Source: a virus | Lineage: Duplodnaviria; Caudoviricetes | IMG/VR virus record: IMGVR_UViG_3300013936_000014 | Reading direction: 5' to 3' (one strand) | DNA length: 64,000 bases | Shown here: positions 30,284 to 40,655 of the stretch, piece by piece | How the letters are laid out: each line of letters begins with the position of its first letter | How positions within the stretch are numbered: position 1 is the stretch's first letter | Position numbers and translations under genes: made by a program | The notes under the pieces: model-generated | The model's input: only the letters and a program-made list of their open reading frames with translations | Told to the model about the DNA's origin: nothing | The model's database searches: none

Positions 30284-32029
30284 TCATTTCACCGTGTATA
30301 CCCATGTTTTCGTTCCACAGTCGCATACGCGATGATAGCCAAGAGAATGCATTCTCTCAACTTCTCCCGCTTTTTGCTCTTGATAGCGGGTTCTCATGTC
30401 TTTTGTTTTGAAATTTATCCACACATAGTTCGGCGCATTCACCGAGACGCACTCAAAGCCAAGGATTTTATATAAATCTCCTTTTGTCTTTGTAATGTCA
30501 TTATAAGAAGAGACGGTATCGCCACTATTCAAATGTTCTTCTATAAATTCTTTAAATAGTTTTGAGGCCCCTCCTTGCACCGTCACACCGTGCTTTGTGC
30601 AATATCTTGTCAGCTCCCATGTGTATTTATTGTTTTTAGGATGAGAAAAAGTCATACAAGCAACCAATTCTCCATTGTATTTCAATCCATATCCGAGATT
30701 GGCCCCCGAATTTCCCTGTATGTGGTTCTGATTCAGGAATTCGGAACGCTCTTTGGAGGATAATTCCACCAAAACGCATTTTCTTGCGGGAATCTTTTCT
30801 TTGTTCAGAATCAAAATAGAACTCAAGCGGTCTTGGATGGATTTCCTAATTCGGGGATCGTTCCATTCTCTTTCAAAAATAGTAAACAGAAAAACCCCTT
30901 TCTTTTCGGCGTTAAGAGATTTCTCCTGAGCCTGAGTGGACCTTCCGCCATGATCGGCATAGAAAATATCGCTATGCCAATAATCTCCGTTGAACTCGAT
31001 TCCGATTTTGTCATCGGGCAAATAGATGTCTATCTCTTTTCCGTTCAGGACACTTCGGTCATTCTTGACTATGTTCTTAACCCCCAAATATTCCAATAAA
31101 TCAATGATCTCGTCCTCATAGCAATATCTTGGCGGATTCAAAGAGACAAGATCTTCCAATCCCCAGTTATGAACCTTCTCATAAATGACTGTTCTGTCGG
31201 ATAGATTAAAGTAATCCTTCAATTCGTACACAGAGGGTTTCTCTGGTAGGGAAGAAAGAAAACCTTTCATCGCATCTTCTTCTTTCCAAACATCGAGATG
31301 ATGCATTTCCTTTTGCATGTGATTCTGAACTCCATATTTCTCTAATGAAGTTTTAATTCTTTTCTCTCTATATTCTTTCGTTTTGGAATAATTATCAATG
31401 CCATACCTGTTTCGCGTGGTGCTCTTAATTTTTTCTTTTATTTCCTCTGACTTCATGACATTATCGACCCCGTATTTTTCCAAACAGGTTCGGGCCGCTT
31501 TCTCTTTTACATTCTGTAACTGCAAAGTCGAGACAACCCCGTATTTGTCTTCCGTCTTGCGTCTGATGACATCGTAACGAAGCTCAGGGTCTTTGAACAC
31601 CCCGTAATAAGAGAGTATCCTATGGAATACCGCGTAGGTGATCCCCAACGACTCGCACATTTCCTCAGAGGACCTGTTCTGCGTCAAATACTGGGTTTTC
31701 AGCCAATCTACCGTATATTCTTTGCCGCAGACGGTGAATCTTTCCGCATCGATAAGCCTGATTGGGCTGTCCGCGGCGGTTTTGTTAGCCGCGCCGTATC
31801 TGACGATATTGGTATTTCTGATTTTGTTTTTCACTTCCTCAGATTTTTGCGTCTGGGAGTATATCTTCGATTTGTCCTCTTTGGATCTCCGTATACCGTA
31901 ATTCCTGAGATAGCGGTTGAAGGTCGCTCTTGCGACGCCAAAATGATCGGCGCATTGCTGGGCGGTGTGAAGCCCACGGACATAATATTCTTCTATTTGC
32001 TCTTTGGTGATGTTGTTTTTTTTGCCCAT
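30284..32029 (-). CDS. Free-standing Hef-like homing endonuclease 3
   Basis: KYGV repeats; EIDIYLPDDKIGIEFNGDYWH; HIQG/GGASKL. Confidence 0.8.
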   Translation of the reverse strand: MGKKNNITKEQIEEYYVRGLHTAQQCADHFGVARATFNRYLRNYGIRRSKEDKSKIYSQTQKSEEVKNKIRNTNIVRYGAANKTAADSPIRLIDAERFTVCGKEYTVDWLKTQYLTQNRSSEEMCESLGITYAVFHRILSYYGVFKDPELRYDVIRRKTEDKYGVVSTLQLQNVKEKAARTCLEKYGVDNVMKSEEIKEKIKSTTRNRYGIDNYSKTKEYREKRIKTSLEKYGVQNHMQKEMHHLDVWKEEDAMKGFLSSLPEKPSVYELKDYFNLSDRTVIYEKVHNWGLEDLVSLNPPRYCYEDEIIDLLEYLGVKNIVKNDRSVLNGKEIDIYLPDDKIGIEFNGDYWHSDIFYADHGGRSTQAQEKSLNAEKKGVFLFTIFEREWNDPRIRKSIQDRLSSILILNKEKIPARKCVLVELSSKERSEFLNQNHIQGNSGANLGYGLKYNGELVACMTFSHPKNNKYTWELTRYCTKHGVTVQGGASKLFKEFIEEHLNSGDTVSSYNDITKTKGDLYKILGFECVSVNAPNYVWINFKTKDMRTRYQEQKAGEVERMHSLGYHRVCDCGTKTWVYTVK

Positions 32030-32050
32030 ATGCCCCGCCTTCCTTTCCTT

Positions 32051-32078
32051 ATTATATCCGAGAAGGAGGCGAAAGCAA
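32051..32078 (-). promoter_or_regulatory. Sigma-A promoter of Hef-like gene 3
   Basis: TTGCTT-16-TATAAT. Confidence 0.55.
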
Positions 32079-32093
32079 CCTTTTTCGGCTGCC

Positions 32094-32732
32094 TCACATG
32101 TCGTCTCCCAGCCAATACATCGACGGGTCGATGCCGGGGGCGTCGTAGTCTCGGGTGAAAGGGTCGCCGACCAGCTGCTCGGAGGTCTTGCCTTCGCCTA
32201 TTTGGCTCATTGCGTCCTCCTGGGCGTCTTTGCCGGCCGACAGCATGTCGAGGTAAGAGGAGGAATCGTACTCCGCCGCGTTTGAGTACAGCCCGAAAGG
32301 CACGTACCCCTCATGGATGGAGTCTCCTCCGGCTATCGCTTTGGGAACGATGTCCCTGTTGTCCACGTACGGATTGACCATCTCCACGTGCACGCCGTTG
32401 CCGCTGCTGTAATAATGCGTCGGCTGCCCGAGGAACCACCCCACTGTATAAAGAGTGCTCGTCCTTCCGGTCCTGAGCGCCTCCGTCACCATGGGGTCCG
32501 TGGACAGCTTTCTGTAGTCCAGGCCCCTCCCGCTCGCGTTGTTGGCGAACATCACCATGGCTGGAAGCCCTTCGGTGTCCAGCACAGGGACTATCACCGG
32601 CTTATGCAGCCCCCAGGCGGCCGCGATCCTTGGATAATCCTCCCGTCTTACGTACATCAAAGAATCGGCGGTGGAGGTGATGCCCCCGCCGCCGACGCCC
32701 CGTTCCGTGAATGTCTGCGAGGTGAATGCCAT
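32094..32732 (-). CDS. Hypothetical protein
   Basis: ORF after the portal gene with a GAGGGGG RBS. Confidence 0.6.
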   Translation of the reverse strand: MAFTSQTFTERGVGGGGITSTADSLMYVRREDYPRIAAAWGLHKPVIVPVLDTEGLPAMVMFANNASGRGLDYRKLSTDPMVTEALRTGRTSTLYTVGWFLGQPTHYYSSGNGVHVEMVNPYVDNRDIVPKAIAGGDSIHEGYVPFGLYSNAAEYDSSSYLDMLSAGKDAQEDAMSQIGEGKTSEQLVGDPFTRDYDAPGIDPSMYWLGDDM

Positions 32733-32735
32733 GGG

Positions 32736-34685
32736 CTATTCCCCCTCGTCTATTCTTTCTTTGCAGGCTTCGCAGACGATCTGCCCGTCTTCGAGCTCAG
32801 CCCCGCAGATGGGGCATCTCGCCTCCATCGTGTCCCTGTTTTCCGCCGTGTTGCCCCCGGCGTCCCTTGAGGCCGCCGTGGCGTCGTTCTCGATGTCATT
32901 CTCATCGAGGGCCGGCCTTCCGACTTGGCTTTCGTCGGAGATCGCGTTTTGCTCCGCCTCCGCGGTTGCGGTGGCAGTTGACATCCAGGTGGAAAAATCT
33001 TTGTAAAAATCCAAAGTCTTGATGTAAGACATTATCGCTTTGGTATCTCTTAAGGACAGATCTTCGGCGGATGCGAGCTTCGGCAGCAGGAAGGTCGCCC
33101 CTCCGGCCACAAGCTCCTTGAGGTATTTCTTCTCATTCTCGAACGAGAAGATGTCGCCCCAGATATGGAGCGTCCAATCGTATTCGAATCCAAGTTTGTT
33201 CCTGATCACGAAATTCAGCGCCCTCTCAAACTGAAGGGTGACGTATTTCTCGCGCGCGGCGGCCAAAAGCTGAGCCGTCTTCACCTGAGAGACGTTTGGT
33301 TTATCCGTGGTTATGGTCAAACCGCCCTCTCCGGCGCTGGTAACGAAATTCTGCGTCGCCTTCGTGATGATGTCGCTCGAATTGACATCGGCGCTGAGCT
33401 GCTGCAATTTGATATTCTTGGCAGGCCACATCCACGCCTCCACATTAGTGGAGGTGACGGCGTTGAACATATCCTGATACCCTTGGATGACCTCTGGGCT
33501 GAAAACGGATTCGTTCTTCCCGGCTCTGGGGCTGGGAATCGTTTCTATTTCGCCAGTAAGGACAGCGGTAAGAGGCGTGCTCGCGATGAGCCCGGCCAAC
33601 TTGCCGTAATCGCTCAGTTCCTGCAGTTTCTGCAAAAGCCCCATCGTGTCGGGGGCGACCCAGGGGTTTGAGTTGTCGCTCCCGAAAGTGAAGCACATGT
33701 CGGCGGGGAGCCTCAGCCAGAAGAAATAGCTTCTCGCCTTCTTCCCCAACAGCTTCTGCTCTATCATGGACGGATAGGAAACCCCTTCGTATAGAAAGGA
33801 GTAATCCTTGGCCAGATCGTAATTTATCGACGCGACCCCGTTCTCGTCCTGATACACGACGCCCTTAGAGGTGATGTCGTTCCATGCCTTCACCATGAAC
33901 TCGCCGAAATCGGCCGGGGAATTCCCCATGTTCATGAAATACATCATGTTGAACGAGACAAGGAAGCCGTTTTGACCTATGCCGACCAATTTCACCCATT
34001 CGGTAGGAAGTTTCTGGAAAGTCGCGAAGGCCGTTTTCTTGTTCTTGCCCTCCCCGACGAATTTGTTCCTGAGGATGTAGCTCTGTTTGCCCTCCCTCTT
34101 GACTTCCAGCGCCATGGTTTTCAAAGTGGTCGGGATATTGAAGACCCGCAGCCAATCGTGCACGAGGTTGTCCTCGTTTTTGAAATCCTGCGCCTCATAT
34201 TCGCTTTCCTTCTCAAGAAGAGGAGGGGTGACGTAGTATTTGTATTGCGGGATATCCGCGGCGCGGCGCAGGATGTTGTAGTATATCTGCTGCGCCCCGC
34301 TCTGAGACCACGCGAGGCTTCTGAGCTCGGATTCGTGCCCGCCTGGGTTCTGAAGGAATTCCAGAATATGGGCTTTGTCGAACTCCCTCGCCCCGCTGTA
34401 GAGGTTCTTGATCCTCTGATTCTGAAGGAAAGGGTTCAGTTTGTTGTACTGCATGGCCGTCGCGTTGATGTAGCGGGAATCCTCCTCGCCGCTTCTGTGG
34501 GAGTCCGCCTGCATGATCTTGTTGTACGTCTTTTGGTACCTCGCGCCGAGATCCTCCAAAGTTATGATGCCCGACTCTTTCTCGGACATCTCGAGTTTCT
34601 CGACGCTTTGCTCGTCGACGGTGTCGAATTCCTTTTCCGGGTGCTTTCTAGGCCTTCCCGCTTTCTTTTTCTTCGTTTCTGGCAT
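32736..34685 (-). CDS. Portal protein (putative)
   Basis: ~650 aa after the terminase; C-terminal VGRP motif typical of SPbeta-like portals. Confidence 0.7.
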   Translation of the reverse strand: MPETKKKKAGRPRKHPEKEFDTVDEQSVEKLEMSEKESGIITLEDLGARYQKTYNKIMQADSHRSGEEDSRYINATAMQYNKLNPFLQNQRIKNLYSGAREFDKAHILEFLQNPGGHESELRSLAWSQSGAQQIYYNILRRAADIPQYKYYVTPPLLEKESEYEAQDFKNEDNLVHDWLRVFNIPTTLKTMALEVKREGKQSYILRNKFVGEGKNKKTAFATFQKLPTEWVKLVGIGQNGFLVSFNMMYFMNMGNSPADFGEFMVKAWNDITSKGVVYQDENGVASINYDLAKDYSFLYEGVSYPSMIEQKLLGKKARSYFFWLRLPADMCFTFGSDNSNPWVAPDTMGLLQKLQELSDYGKLAGLIASTPLTAVLTGEIETIPSPRAGKNESVFSPEVIQGYQDMFNAVTSTNVEAWMWPAKNIKLQQLSADVNSSDIITKATQNFVTSAGEGGLTITTDKPNVSQVKTAQLLAAAREKYVTLQFERALNFVIRNKLGFEYDWTLHIWGDIFSFENEKKYLKELVAGGATFLLPKLASAEDLSLRDTKAIMSYIKTLDFYKDFSTWMSTATATAEAEQNAISDESQVGRPALDENDIENDATAASRDAGGNTAENRDTMEARCPICGAELEDGQIVCEACKERIDEGE

Positions 34686-35082
34686 CAATAGGCCCTCCTT
34701 TGCGCCCGGCGGATGAGATTATCTCATCGGTTCTTCTGTCTATGATATCCAGCGCGTCCGAGATGCGTCTGAATTCCCTCTGGGATTCCGCCTCATAAGT
34801 CCTTGAGTTGATCGCGACCAGCTGGTCATACAGCCAGCCGTTGACGCAATTCTCCTCATGGGGCTCGTTCTCCTTGCCGTATTCCTCGATGAAGAACGCA
34901 GGGTATCCGGCTTTTCTCAGTTTGGCGCCCACCTTCCTCGCGTCGACCTTCTGGATGGTCGAGCCGAAGTACAGGCAGCCGTTGATGTAGAGAAGGTTGC
35001 CCATTTTCCCCAGGTCTTTGTAAAGGCTCCCGAAATTGCCGGCGCCGTTATGGAAATTACTCGTAATCTTGCAGCAAATCAT
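34648..35082 (-). CDS. Hypothetical protein
   Basis: ORF with AGGAG RBS. Confidence 0.55.
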   Translation of the reverse strand: MICCKITSNFHNGAGNFGSLYKDLGKMGNLLYINGCLYFGSTIQKVDARKVGAKLRKAGYPAFFIEEYGKENEPHEENCVNGWLYDQLVAINSRTYEAESQREFRRISDALDIIDRRTDEIISSAGRKGGPIDARNEEKESGKA

Positions 35083-35211
35083 AGTCTCTCTCCTTTCGCT
35101 TCTGGGTCCAATCGCCCAAAGCCGCGATAAAACGGCTGTTTTATTCGAGAGAAATAATGCTGATTCTCTCCTTTATCCATATATACAAATATCGTTTTTC
35201 GTGACTCCGTT

Positions 35212-37152
35212 TTAGTCCGCAAACGGGTTTTTCCCCGCGAAAGGAGACGGGTTTCTGCGCCTCGTCTCGCCCGGGAAAGAGCTTCTCTCCATCCTTCCGA
35301 ACCATTGGGAAGATTTGTCGGCTTGGGGCTTGGCCACCGACTCTTTGTTGAAATATCTCAGGTAATCGATGCCGCCGTCGTCCCCCAATGCGCTGTCTTG
35401 CTGCAGCTGGTCTATCCACCAGCAGGCCATGATGGCGACGTAGTTCCTATCGTCGTGCATCTTGCTGCTCTTTTCGGGAGACAGACCGAAGGTCACCGTG
35501 CCTTTCGGGGTTTTGAATCTCGTCATGCAAGCCATCTCCTCCTTCATCATGTCCATCTGGATCAAGGAGGCCAGCTCGTTCCGGTTGAGCTTCCTCTCCG
35601 TGCCATCGTCGAGGACGATGTGGTCGCCTTTCGGCGCGCGCGGCGGGAATTTGATGTCGCCCAGCGGCACGAGTTTTCTTGCCGACTCGAAAAACTGGTT
35701 TCTGTATCTCGTAGGCTCAAGGATATGCAAGGATCCCCCAATTGCGTGAGGGAAAGCCTCAGCCCATCGTTTCATGTTTTCGGAATCCTCATCATAAAGC
35801 CCTGGATGCATATTGCCCCTGGAGTCTTTCCAGTCTTTGCAAAGCTCTTGGGCGATAGCGGGGGCTTGTCCCCCTACGCCTGCGTCCATAAGGACGGTGA
35901 CGTTCTCATAAGGGTAAACCTTATCTCTGCCATTGTATTCGTAAATTATCTCTCGGAGCCTTTGGACCTGCTCGTCGATTCTCATGGGTCTCTTTGACCC
36001 ATCGCCGAACGTGACGATGAGGTTCTCCATGTGGATGAACCTGCCCCTTATGTGCCCGTCGTCGTCCGTCAGTATTTCCGTGATGAGCACCGGGGCGTTG
36101 TCCACCTTCGCGGCGGGGTCGTAGGTGATGAGGTATTTGTGTTTTCTCCCTCCCCAGCCGAGCTGCGGCGGGATGTTCTCCTCGTTCTGCGCGATGTCTG
36201 TCCTCGACACGACGCAGTCCTCGATATCGAACCTGTCGAATATATTGTAATACTCCCTGTTGCAGGCAATCTCGTTTTCCCTCCTCTTCCTCTCGATTTC
36301 CTCTTGGGAAAGCAAAGGCTTGACGCTTATGCCGTTGATCGTCGGATGCAGAGGGATCTCGCAATTGAGGTCGGCGACGAAGTATTTGTCGTTGCCGACG
36401 AGCATCTGCTTCGTGCCTTCCCTGTATTTTTCCCAGAACAATGAGTTGGTGTCGGAAGCCGATCCGACATACAGCCTTAGGTTCGGGACCTCTTGGGGAT
36501 AGACGTCCGGGTCGTAGGAGGCACCAGTTTTAAAGTCAGCACTTTGAGTGACGAATGGTTCCGTTGCATCAAAGAAATCCTTTGGAATTGTTCCAGCTTC
36601 GTCATAAATGTTAACATTACTTCTTTTGCCCCTGACGGTTTTCGCCGTGCCGGCGACCGCCTGAATGAACGAATTGTTCGACAGATCGCATCTGTCGCCC
36701 TTCTTGGCGTCGTGGGTGAAGCCATCCGAGTCCGATTTGGATTTCGCGACCTCATCCCAGAACACGGTGTTGTCGCTTATCAAAGTCTTGACGGTGTGCT
36801 TGGCGATGCTCTCCATCGTCTCGAACGTCTCATTGGCCTGCCTGGAGCCGCTGGACATGATGTGTATCTTCGATTTCGGATACAGAAGGGACCTCGCTTG
36901 CGCGAAGATCCCCACGAGGAACGATTTGCCCGCGTTTCTCGAGCATACCCAGACGACGTATTCTTTGTTCCAGGACATGGACAGAAGCCATTTCTGGTAA
37001 TCCATCAAAGGTATCTGGAAGATCTTCTCCACGAACTGGACGGGGTTTCTTCTGCCCCACTGGATCAACGACACGTACTTCCTGAGAGACTCTTCGTCCC
37101 TCAGGGTTATGCCATTGTCGGTCATGTTTCCGTAAACGCTCAGCATGATCAC
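35212..37152 (-). CDS. Terminase large subunit
   Basis: Walker A SRNAGKS, Walker B NIYDEAG, nuclease YDPA and HDDR. Confidence 0.9.
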   Translation of the reverse strand: MIMLSVYGNMTDNGITLRDEESLRKYVSLIQWGRRNPVQFVEKIFQIPLMDYQKWLLSMSWNKEYVVWVCSRNAGKSFLVGIFAQARSLLYPKSKIHIMSSGSRQANETFETMESIAKHTVKTLISDNTVFWDEVAKSKSDSDGFTHDAKKGDRCDLSNNSFIQAVAGTAKTVRGKRSNVNIYDEAGTIPKDFFDATEPFVTQSADFKTGASYDPDVYPQEVPNLRLYVGSASDTNSLFWEKYREGTKQMLVGNDKYFVADLNCEIPLHPTINGISVKPLLSQEEIERKRRENEIACNREYYNIFDRFDIEDCVVSRTDIAQNEENIPPQLGWGGRKHKYLITYDPAAKVDNAPVLITEILTDDDGHIRGRFIHMENLIVTFGDGSKRPMRIDEQVQRLREIIYEYNGRDKVYPYENVTVLMDAGVGGQAPAIAQELCKDWKDSRGNMHPGLYDEDSENMKRWAEAFPHAIGGSLHILEPTRYRNQFFESARKLVPLGDIKFPPRAPKGDHIVLDDGTERKLNRNELASLIQMDMMKEEMACMTRFKTPKGTVTFGLSPEKSSKMHDDRNYVAIMACWWIDQLQQDSALGDDGGIDYLRYFNKESVAKPQADKSSQWFGRMERSSFPGETRRRNPSPFAGKNPFAD

Positions 37153-38480
37153 TTACCGTCCCACATTTTGTATTCCCTGGAGATGAATTCCTGGATTTCG
37201 GCCTCTGAGATCCCCTTCTTCCGGTATTCGCCTTCCAGCTCTTCCAGTAGCTTCTGCTTCGTTATCTTGCTGCGGCAGATCCTCAAAGCCTCCAAAGCGT
37301 CTTTCGAGACCCTTTGAGCCTCATGAACCATTTCTGATTGCTGAGACAGGATATCGGCGTAATCTGTTCCGGATAATTTAACCTGGTTCATCTGGGCGCG
37401 GAAGCTTATCTCCGCGACCTCCCCGATGCTTTTTGACGTGGCTTGGTCATAATAATTCGTTATGCCGTCATCGTAATACTGAGTCTCAACCTGATTCATG
37501 ACATCCGAAAGCATGCCCCTTCCGCCGTTGCCCAATGTTTTGCCCGTCGAGAACCCGTTTTCCTTCGACGTCGCGTTGATGATCGCCTGTATCTTGGCGA
37601 TCATCGCCAGGAGATTGTCTATGGTCTCCTGGGTTTCGGGATCCACTTCGCCGCCTTTGAGAAGGTCGGAGACCCTGTTCTGGTATTTGGCGATGGTGGA
37701 GTAGTTCTTGACGATCTCTATCGCCGCTTTCTGCTTTGTGATGTCTTTCCTCAAATTATCGGTCAACAACCCCGTAAGATCTCGATAAAGCTGCGGCTTG
37801 TCTTGCTGAAGCTCCTCCTTGAAGGGGTCATAGCCGATGATGCTGATGATCTGCTGCCTGTTCTTTTTGTCATCTTCGGAAAGGGACAGCAAGCTCAGAT
37901 CCTCGCTGTAGACCTTCTCGAAATTCTCCCTCTTCAGCTGTGATCTGAAAGTCAGCCCCGAGTATTTCGGATCCGCTTCCAGATACCTGATGTACAGCTC
38001 AGGCATCTGCTCGAGCGCCTTCTCCGAAGAGAACAGGATATGGCGGGCCAATTGGCTGTCATAGAAGACGTTGTATCTGTAGCAGTAATCGAAAAGGGCG
38101 TCTTCCGAGGACGCCCCTTTTTTGACAAGGTCCTGATAATACTCCTTCCCATTCGCCGGAGCGAGGTCGGCTGTGTCCACTTCCCTTTCTTCGAATGTTA
38201 TTTCGTTTTTCGCCGCCTGGTTTTCCGCAGGCGTTCTTATGTTTTCCTCAAACTCCTTCTCTTTTTCCTCTTCCACTTTTTTCTCCGCTTCCCGCTCAAG
38301 CTCGGAAGCCGCCGTTCTCTTCGCGGCTTTTGGAGAGGAATTCGCCTTTTTGCCGCCGTCTTTCTTCTTCAGGTCGGCTTGCTTGGCCGGAGAGGGCTCG
38401 AATCTTTGGGGGGCCACCTTCGCGTCGCCCCCGAATGTAAATCCGGATCCGACGGTGGGCGCCGGTTTTGTTTTTTTCAT
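37149..38480 (-). CDS. Hypothetical protein upstream of TerL (small-subunit position)
   Basis: ORF overlapping the TerL start; synteny. Confidence 0.55.
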   Translation of the reverse strand: MKKTKPAPTVGSGFTFGGDAKVAPQRFEPSPAKQADLKKKDGGKKANSSPKAAKRTAASELEREAEKKVEEEKEKEFEENIRTPAENQAAKNEITFEEREVDTADLAPANGKEYYQDLVKKGASSEDALFDYCYRYNVFYDSQLARHILFSSEKALEQMPELYIRYLEADPKYSGLTFRSQLKRENFEKVYSEDLSLLSLSEDDKKNRQQIISIIGYDPFKEELQQDKPQLYRDLTGLLTDNLRKDITKQKAAIEIVKNYSTIAKYQNRVSDLLKGGEVDPETQETIDNLLAMIAKIQAIINATSKENGFSTGKTLGNGGRGMLSDVMNQVETQYYDDGITNYYDQATSKSIGEVAEISFRAQMNQVKLSGTDYADILSQQSEMVHEAQRVSKDALEALRICRSKITKQKLLEELEGEYRKKGISEAEIQEFISREYKMWDGK

Positions 38481-38499
38481 TTTTTCCCTCCTTATTCCG

Positions 38500-39759
38500 T
38501 CAATTCAGGTATATGTCCATATTATACAAGTTGATTCCTTCGAAAATGAGCAATTTCTGGCTTGCTTTGCCGAACAGCCTCTTGCTGAAGGCATACTGCT
38601 CCGGCCCGACTATGCTTGAGTTGACTATGACATTGCACCCCTCGAACACCTTCTGCTTGGGGCTGTGGTAATGCCCCATCAAGACATAGTCGATGTATCT
38701 GTGGGTCGCGCCCACCATGCTTTGCATCGATTGGTTTATGGAGTCGTGATGGCCATGGGAGAAGACAACCGTTTTCCCATTCATGAGCTCGAACATGCCG
38801 ATTTCCTCATTAAGGGGGCTTTCCTCGAATTTGATTCGGGTTTCCTTCAATCTCTCTTTGAGGTAGAAGTCTATCAGTTTGCCGAAATTCTCCTTTTCTA
38901 TGTGCTGCTTGAGGTCCGCCATCACCCTTGCGTGGTTGTCCGTGCAGCTGCGGTAGATGACTTCGGGGGCGGCCTCCTGCAGCTCGTTGAGGGCATCCGC
39001 GATTATCTCGGACGCGACCATCACCTGCTGCACGACGTCAAGCTCTTCCTCGAGCCTTGCCGTGACGTGGATGATGCCATGGATGGCATCGCCGAGATTG
39101 AGGAAATTGAGCCTTCTCACATGATTTCTTTTGCAAAGGGCGACCGTGTCTTTCACGAGCTTGTCCACTCTTCTCCTGGCTTCATTCACGTTGTAAGAAT
39201 TGTAGAAATCGTCGACCTGAACGCCTATGTGCAGATCGGAGAATAGGAGAATCGCCTCATTGTCCGTTCGCTCCTCTCCCTCGTATCTGGCTTTTGGCAG
39301 CTCTTTCAGCTCGGACACCGCTTCTTTGATGGTGTCCTTGAGGCTTTGTATCCTGGCTTCGTCCCTCAATGTCCTTCTGTATGCGTTCCATGTGTCCCTT
39401 GTTTTGGTCTGCTGTATGTAAAGGTCTCTCTTGATGGCCGCGGTCTCTTCCTTAAAGTCGTCGAACTCGAGCTCCTCGACCGTTTTGTCGGACAGCACTT
39501 TCGGGTTTTTCTCGAGCGTGCCGGCCGCCAATTGCTTGTCTTTGAGCCAGATTCTGAACGTCTCTCCGGACTTTTGGTTGCCGTCTTTGTCTTTGGCCCC
39601 CAGCGTCGTCGCCAATTCGTTCCATCTTTTCTCGCTGGTTGGCAGCGACTTGTATCTCATCCCGATCTCATACATCTCCTGATCGGTGTATTCCCCTGGT
39701 TCTTTGTTGAATCCGTCGAGGAATTCATTGAATTCTTTCTTGGTTATCCTGTCGGCCAT
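38500..39759 (-). CDS. Metallophosphoesterase (calcineurin-like)
   Basis: SDLHIG, LGDAIHG, DNH, SHGH, MGHYH. Confidence 0.85.
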   Translation of the reverse strand: MADRITKKEFNEFLDGFNKEPGEYTDQEMYEIGMRYKSLPTSEKRWNELATTLGAKDKDGNQKSGETFRIWLKDKQLAAGTLEKNPKVLSDKTVEELEFDDFKEETAAIKRDLYIQQTKTRDTWNAYRRTLRDEARIQSLKDTIKEAVSELKELPKARYEGEERTDNEAILLFSDLHIGVQVDDFYNSYNVNEARRRVDKLVKDTVALCKRNHVRRLNFLNLGDAIHGIIHVTARLEEELDVVQQVMVASEIIADALNELQEAAPEVIYRSCTDNHARVMADLKQHIEKENFGKLIDFYLKERLKETRIKFEESPLNEEIGMFELMNGKTVVFSHGHHDSINQSMQSMVGATHRYIDYVLMGHYHSPKQKVFEGCNVIVNSSIVGPEQYAFSKRLFGKASQKLLIFEGINLYNMDIYLN

Positions 39760-39830
39760 TCTGTGCCCTCCTTCTGCTTCTGGATTTGCTTCTTTATCCA
39801 TATATACAAATGTCGTTTTTTGTGACTCCG

Positions 39831-40655
39831 TCATTCTTTTTCCAAAGTTTGCATTTTAGCCAATCTTCTTTTCTCTCTCTTGCAAAAATTCTTGTTTTCC
39901 TGCCTTTGTTTCTTATAGCAATCCTCGCACACCTCTCTCTTTGTGTATCCGGTTATCTCGAACCTCTTGCCGCAGATGGGGCAGACCCCAAATGGTTTCT
40001 GCACGAATTCCTCGGCTCTCAGTATCGCCTCCAGCGGATCTTTGAATCTCAGGGCCTCTTTCCCGGATTTCGCGTAGAACACCGTCTCCGCATAGACCTT
40101 CCCCCTGACGCACGTCGAGGTCAGAGGCCTTCCGGCCTTGATGTTCGCCTTGATCATGTTTTCCGCGACTTTGCAATAGACCTTCCCTCCGTTCGCGTGC
40201 CAGAAGCAATAGGACCTGATGTCGTTGGTTATCTCGAATTTTCCTTCGGCGTCTCTGTAGAATTTCTCTATGCACAGCAGATTGAACAGGTATTTCCTGA
40301 AGACATAGGTGGAGTTCAGCGAATTGATCGCGTCTATCTCCTCCCGGTAAAGGACGTGCTCTTTTCCATAGTCCAAAGTGAGGGTGTGGGAATATTTTTT
40401 CTCCATGGCCCTTCCGTATATCAATCTGAATCTTCCCTCCAGCTCATCCTCCGCTATCGCATCCCTCTTCCGCCCTTCGGTCGGGATGGACCTCCATTTC
40501 TCGAATATCCTGCTTTTGTCCCATCCCAGAGAAGACAGATAGGCGCACAGCGTCAGCTGCTGCAGATATTCCTTTTTCCTCTCCCATTTGTCCCCGTCTG
40601 AGTATTTTCCCTCGCAAAGGACTTTGACGGCGTTCGCTTTCCAGTCGAATATCAT
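39831..40655 (-). CDS. Hypothetical protein with C-terminal Zn ribbon
   Basis: CPICG...CEDC; GAGGAGGTG RBS before ATG 40655. Confidence 0.65.
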   Translation of the reverse strand: MIFDWKANAVKVLCEGKYSDGDKWERKKEYLQQLTLCAYLSSLGWDKSRIFEKWRSIPTEGRKRDAIAEDELEGRFRLIYGRAMEKKYSHTLTLDYGKEHVLYREEIDAINSLNSTYVFRKYLFNLLCIEKFYRDAEGKFEITNDIRSYCFWHANGGKVYCKVAENMIKANIKAGRPLTSTCVRGKVYAETVFYAKSGKEALRFKDPLEAILRAEEFVQKPFGVCPICGKRFEITGYTKREVCEDCYKKQRQENKNFCKREKRRLAKMQTLEKE

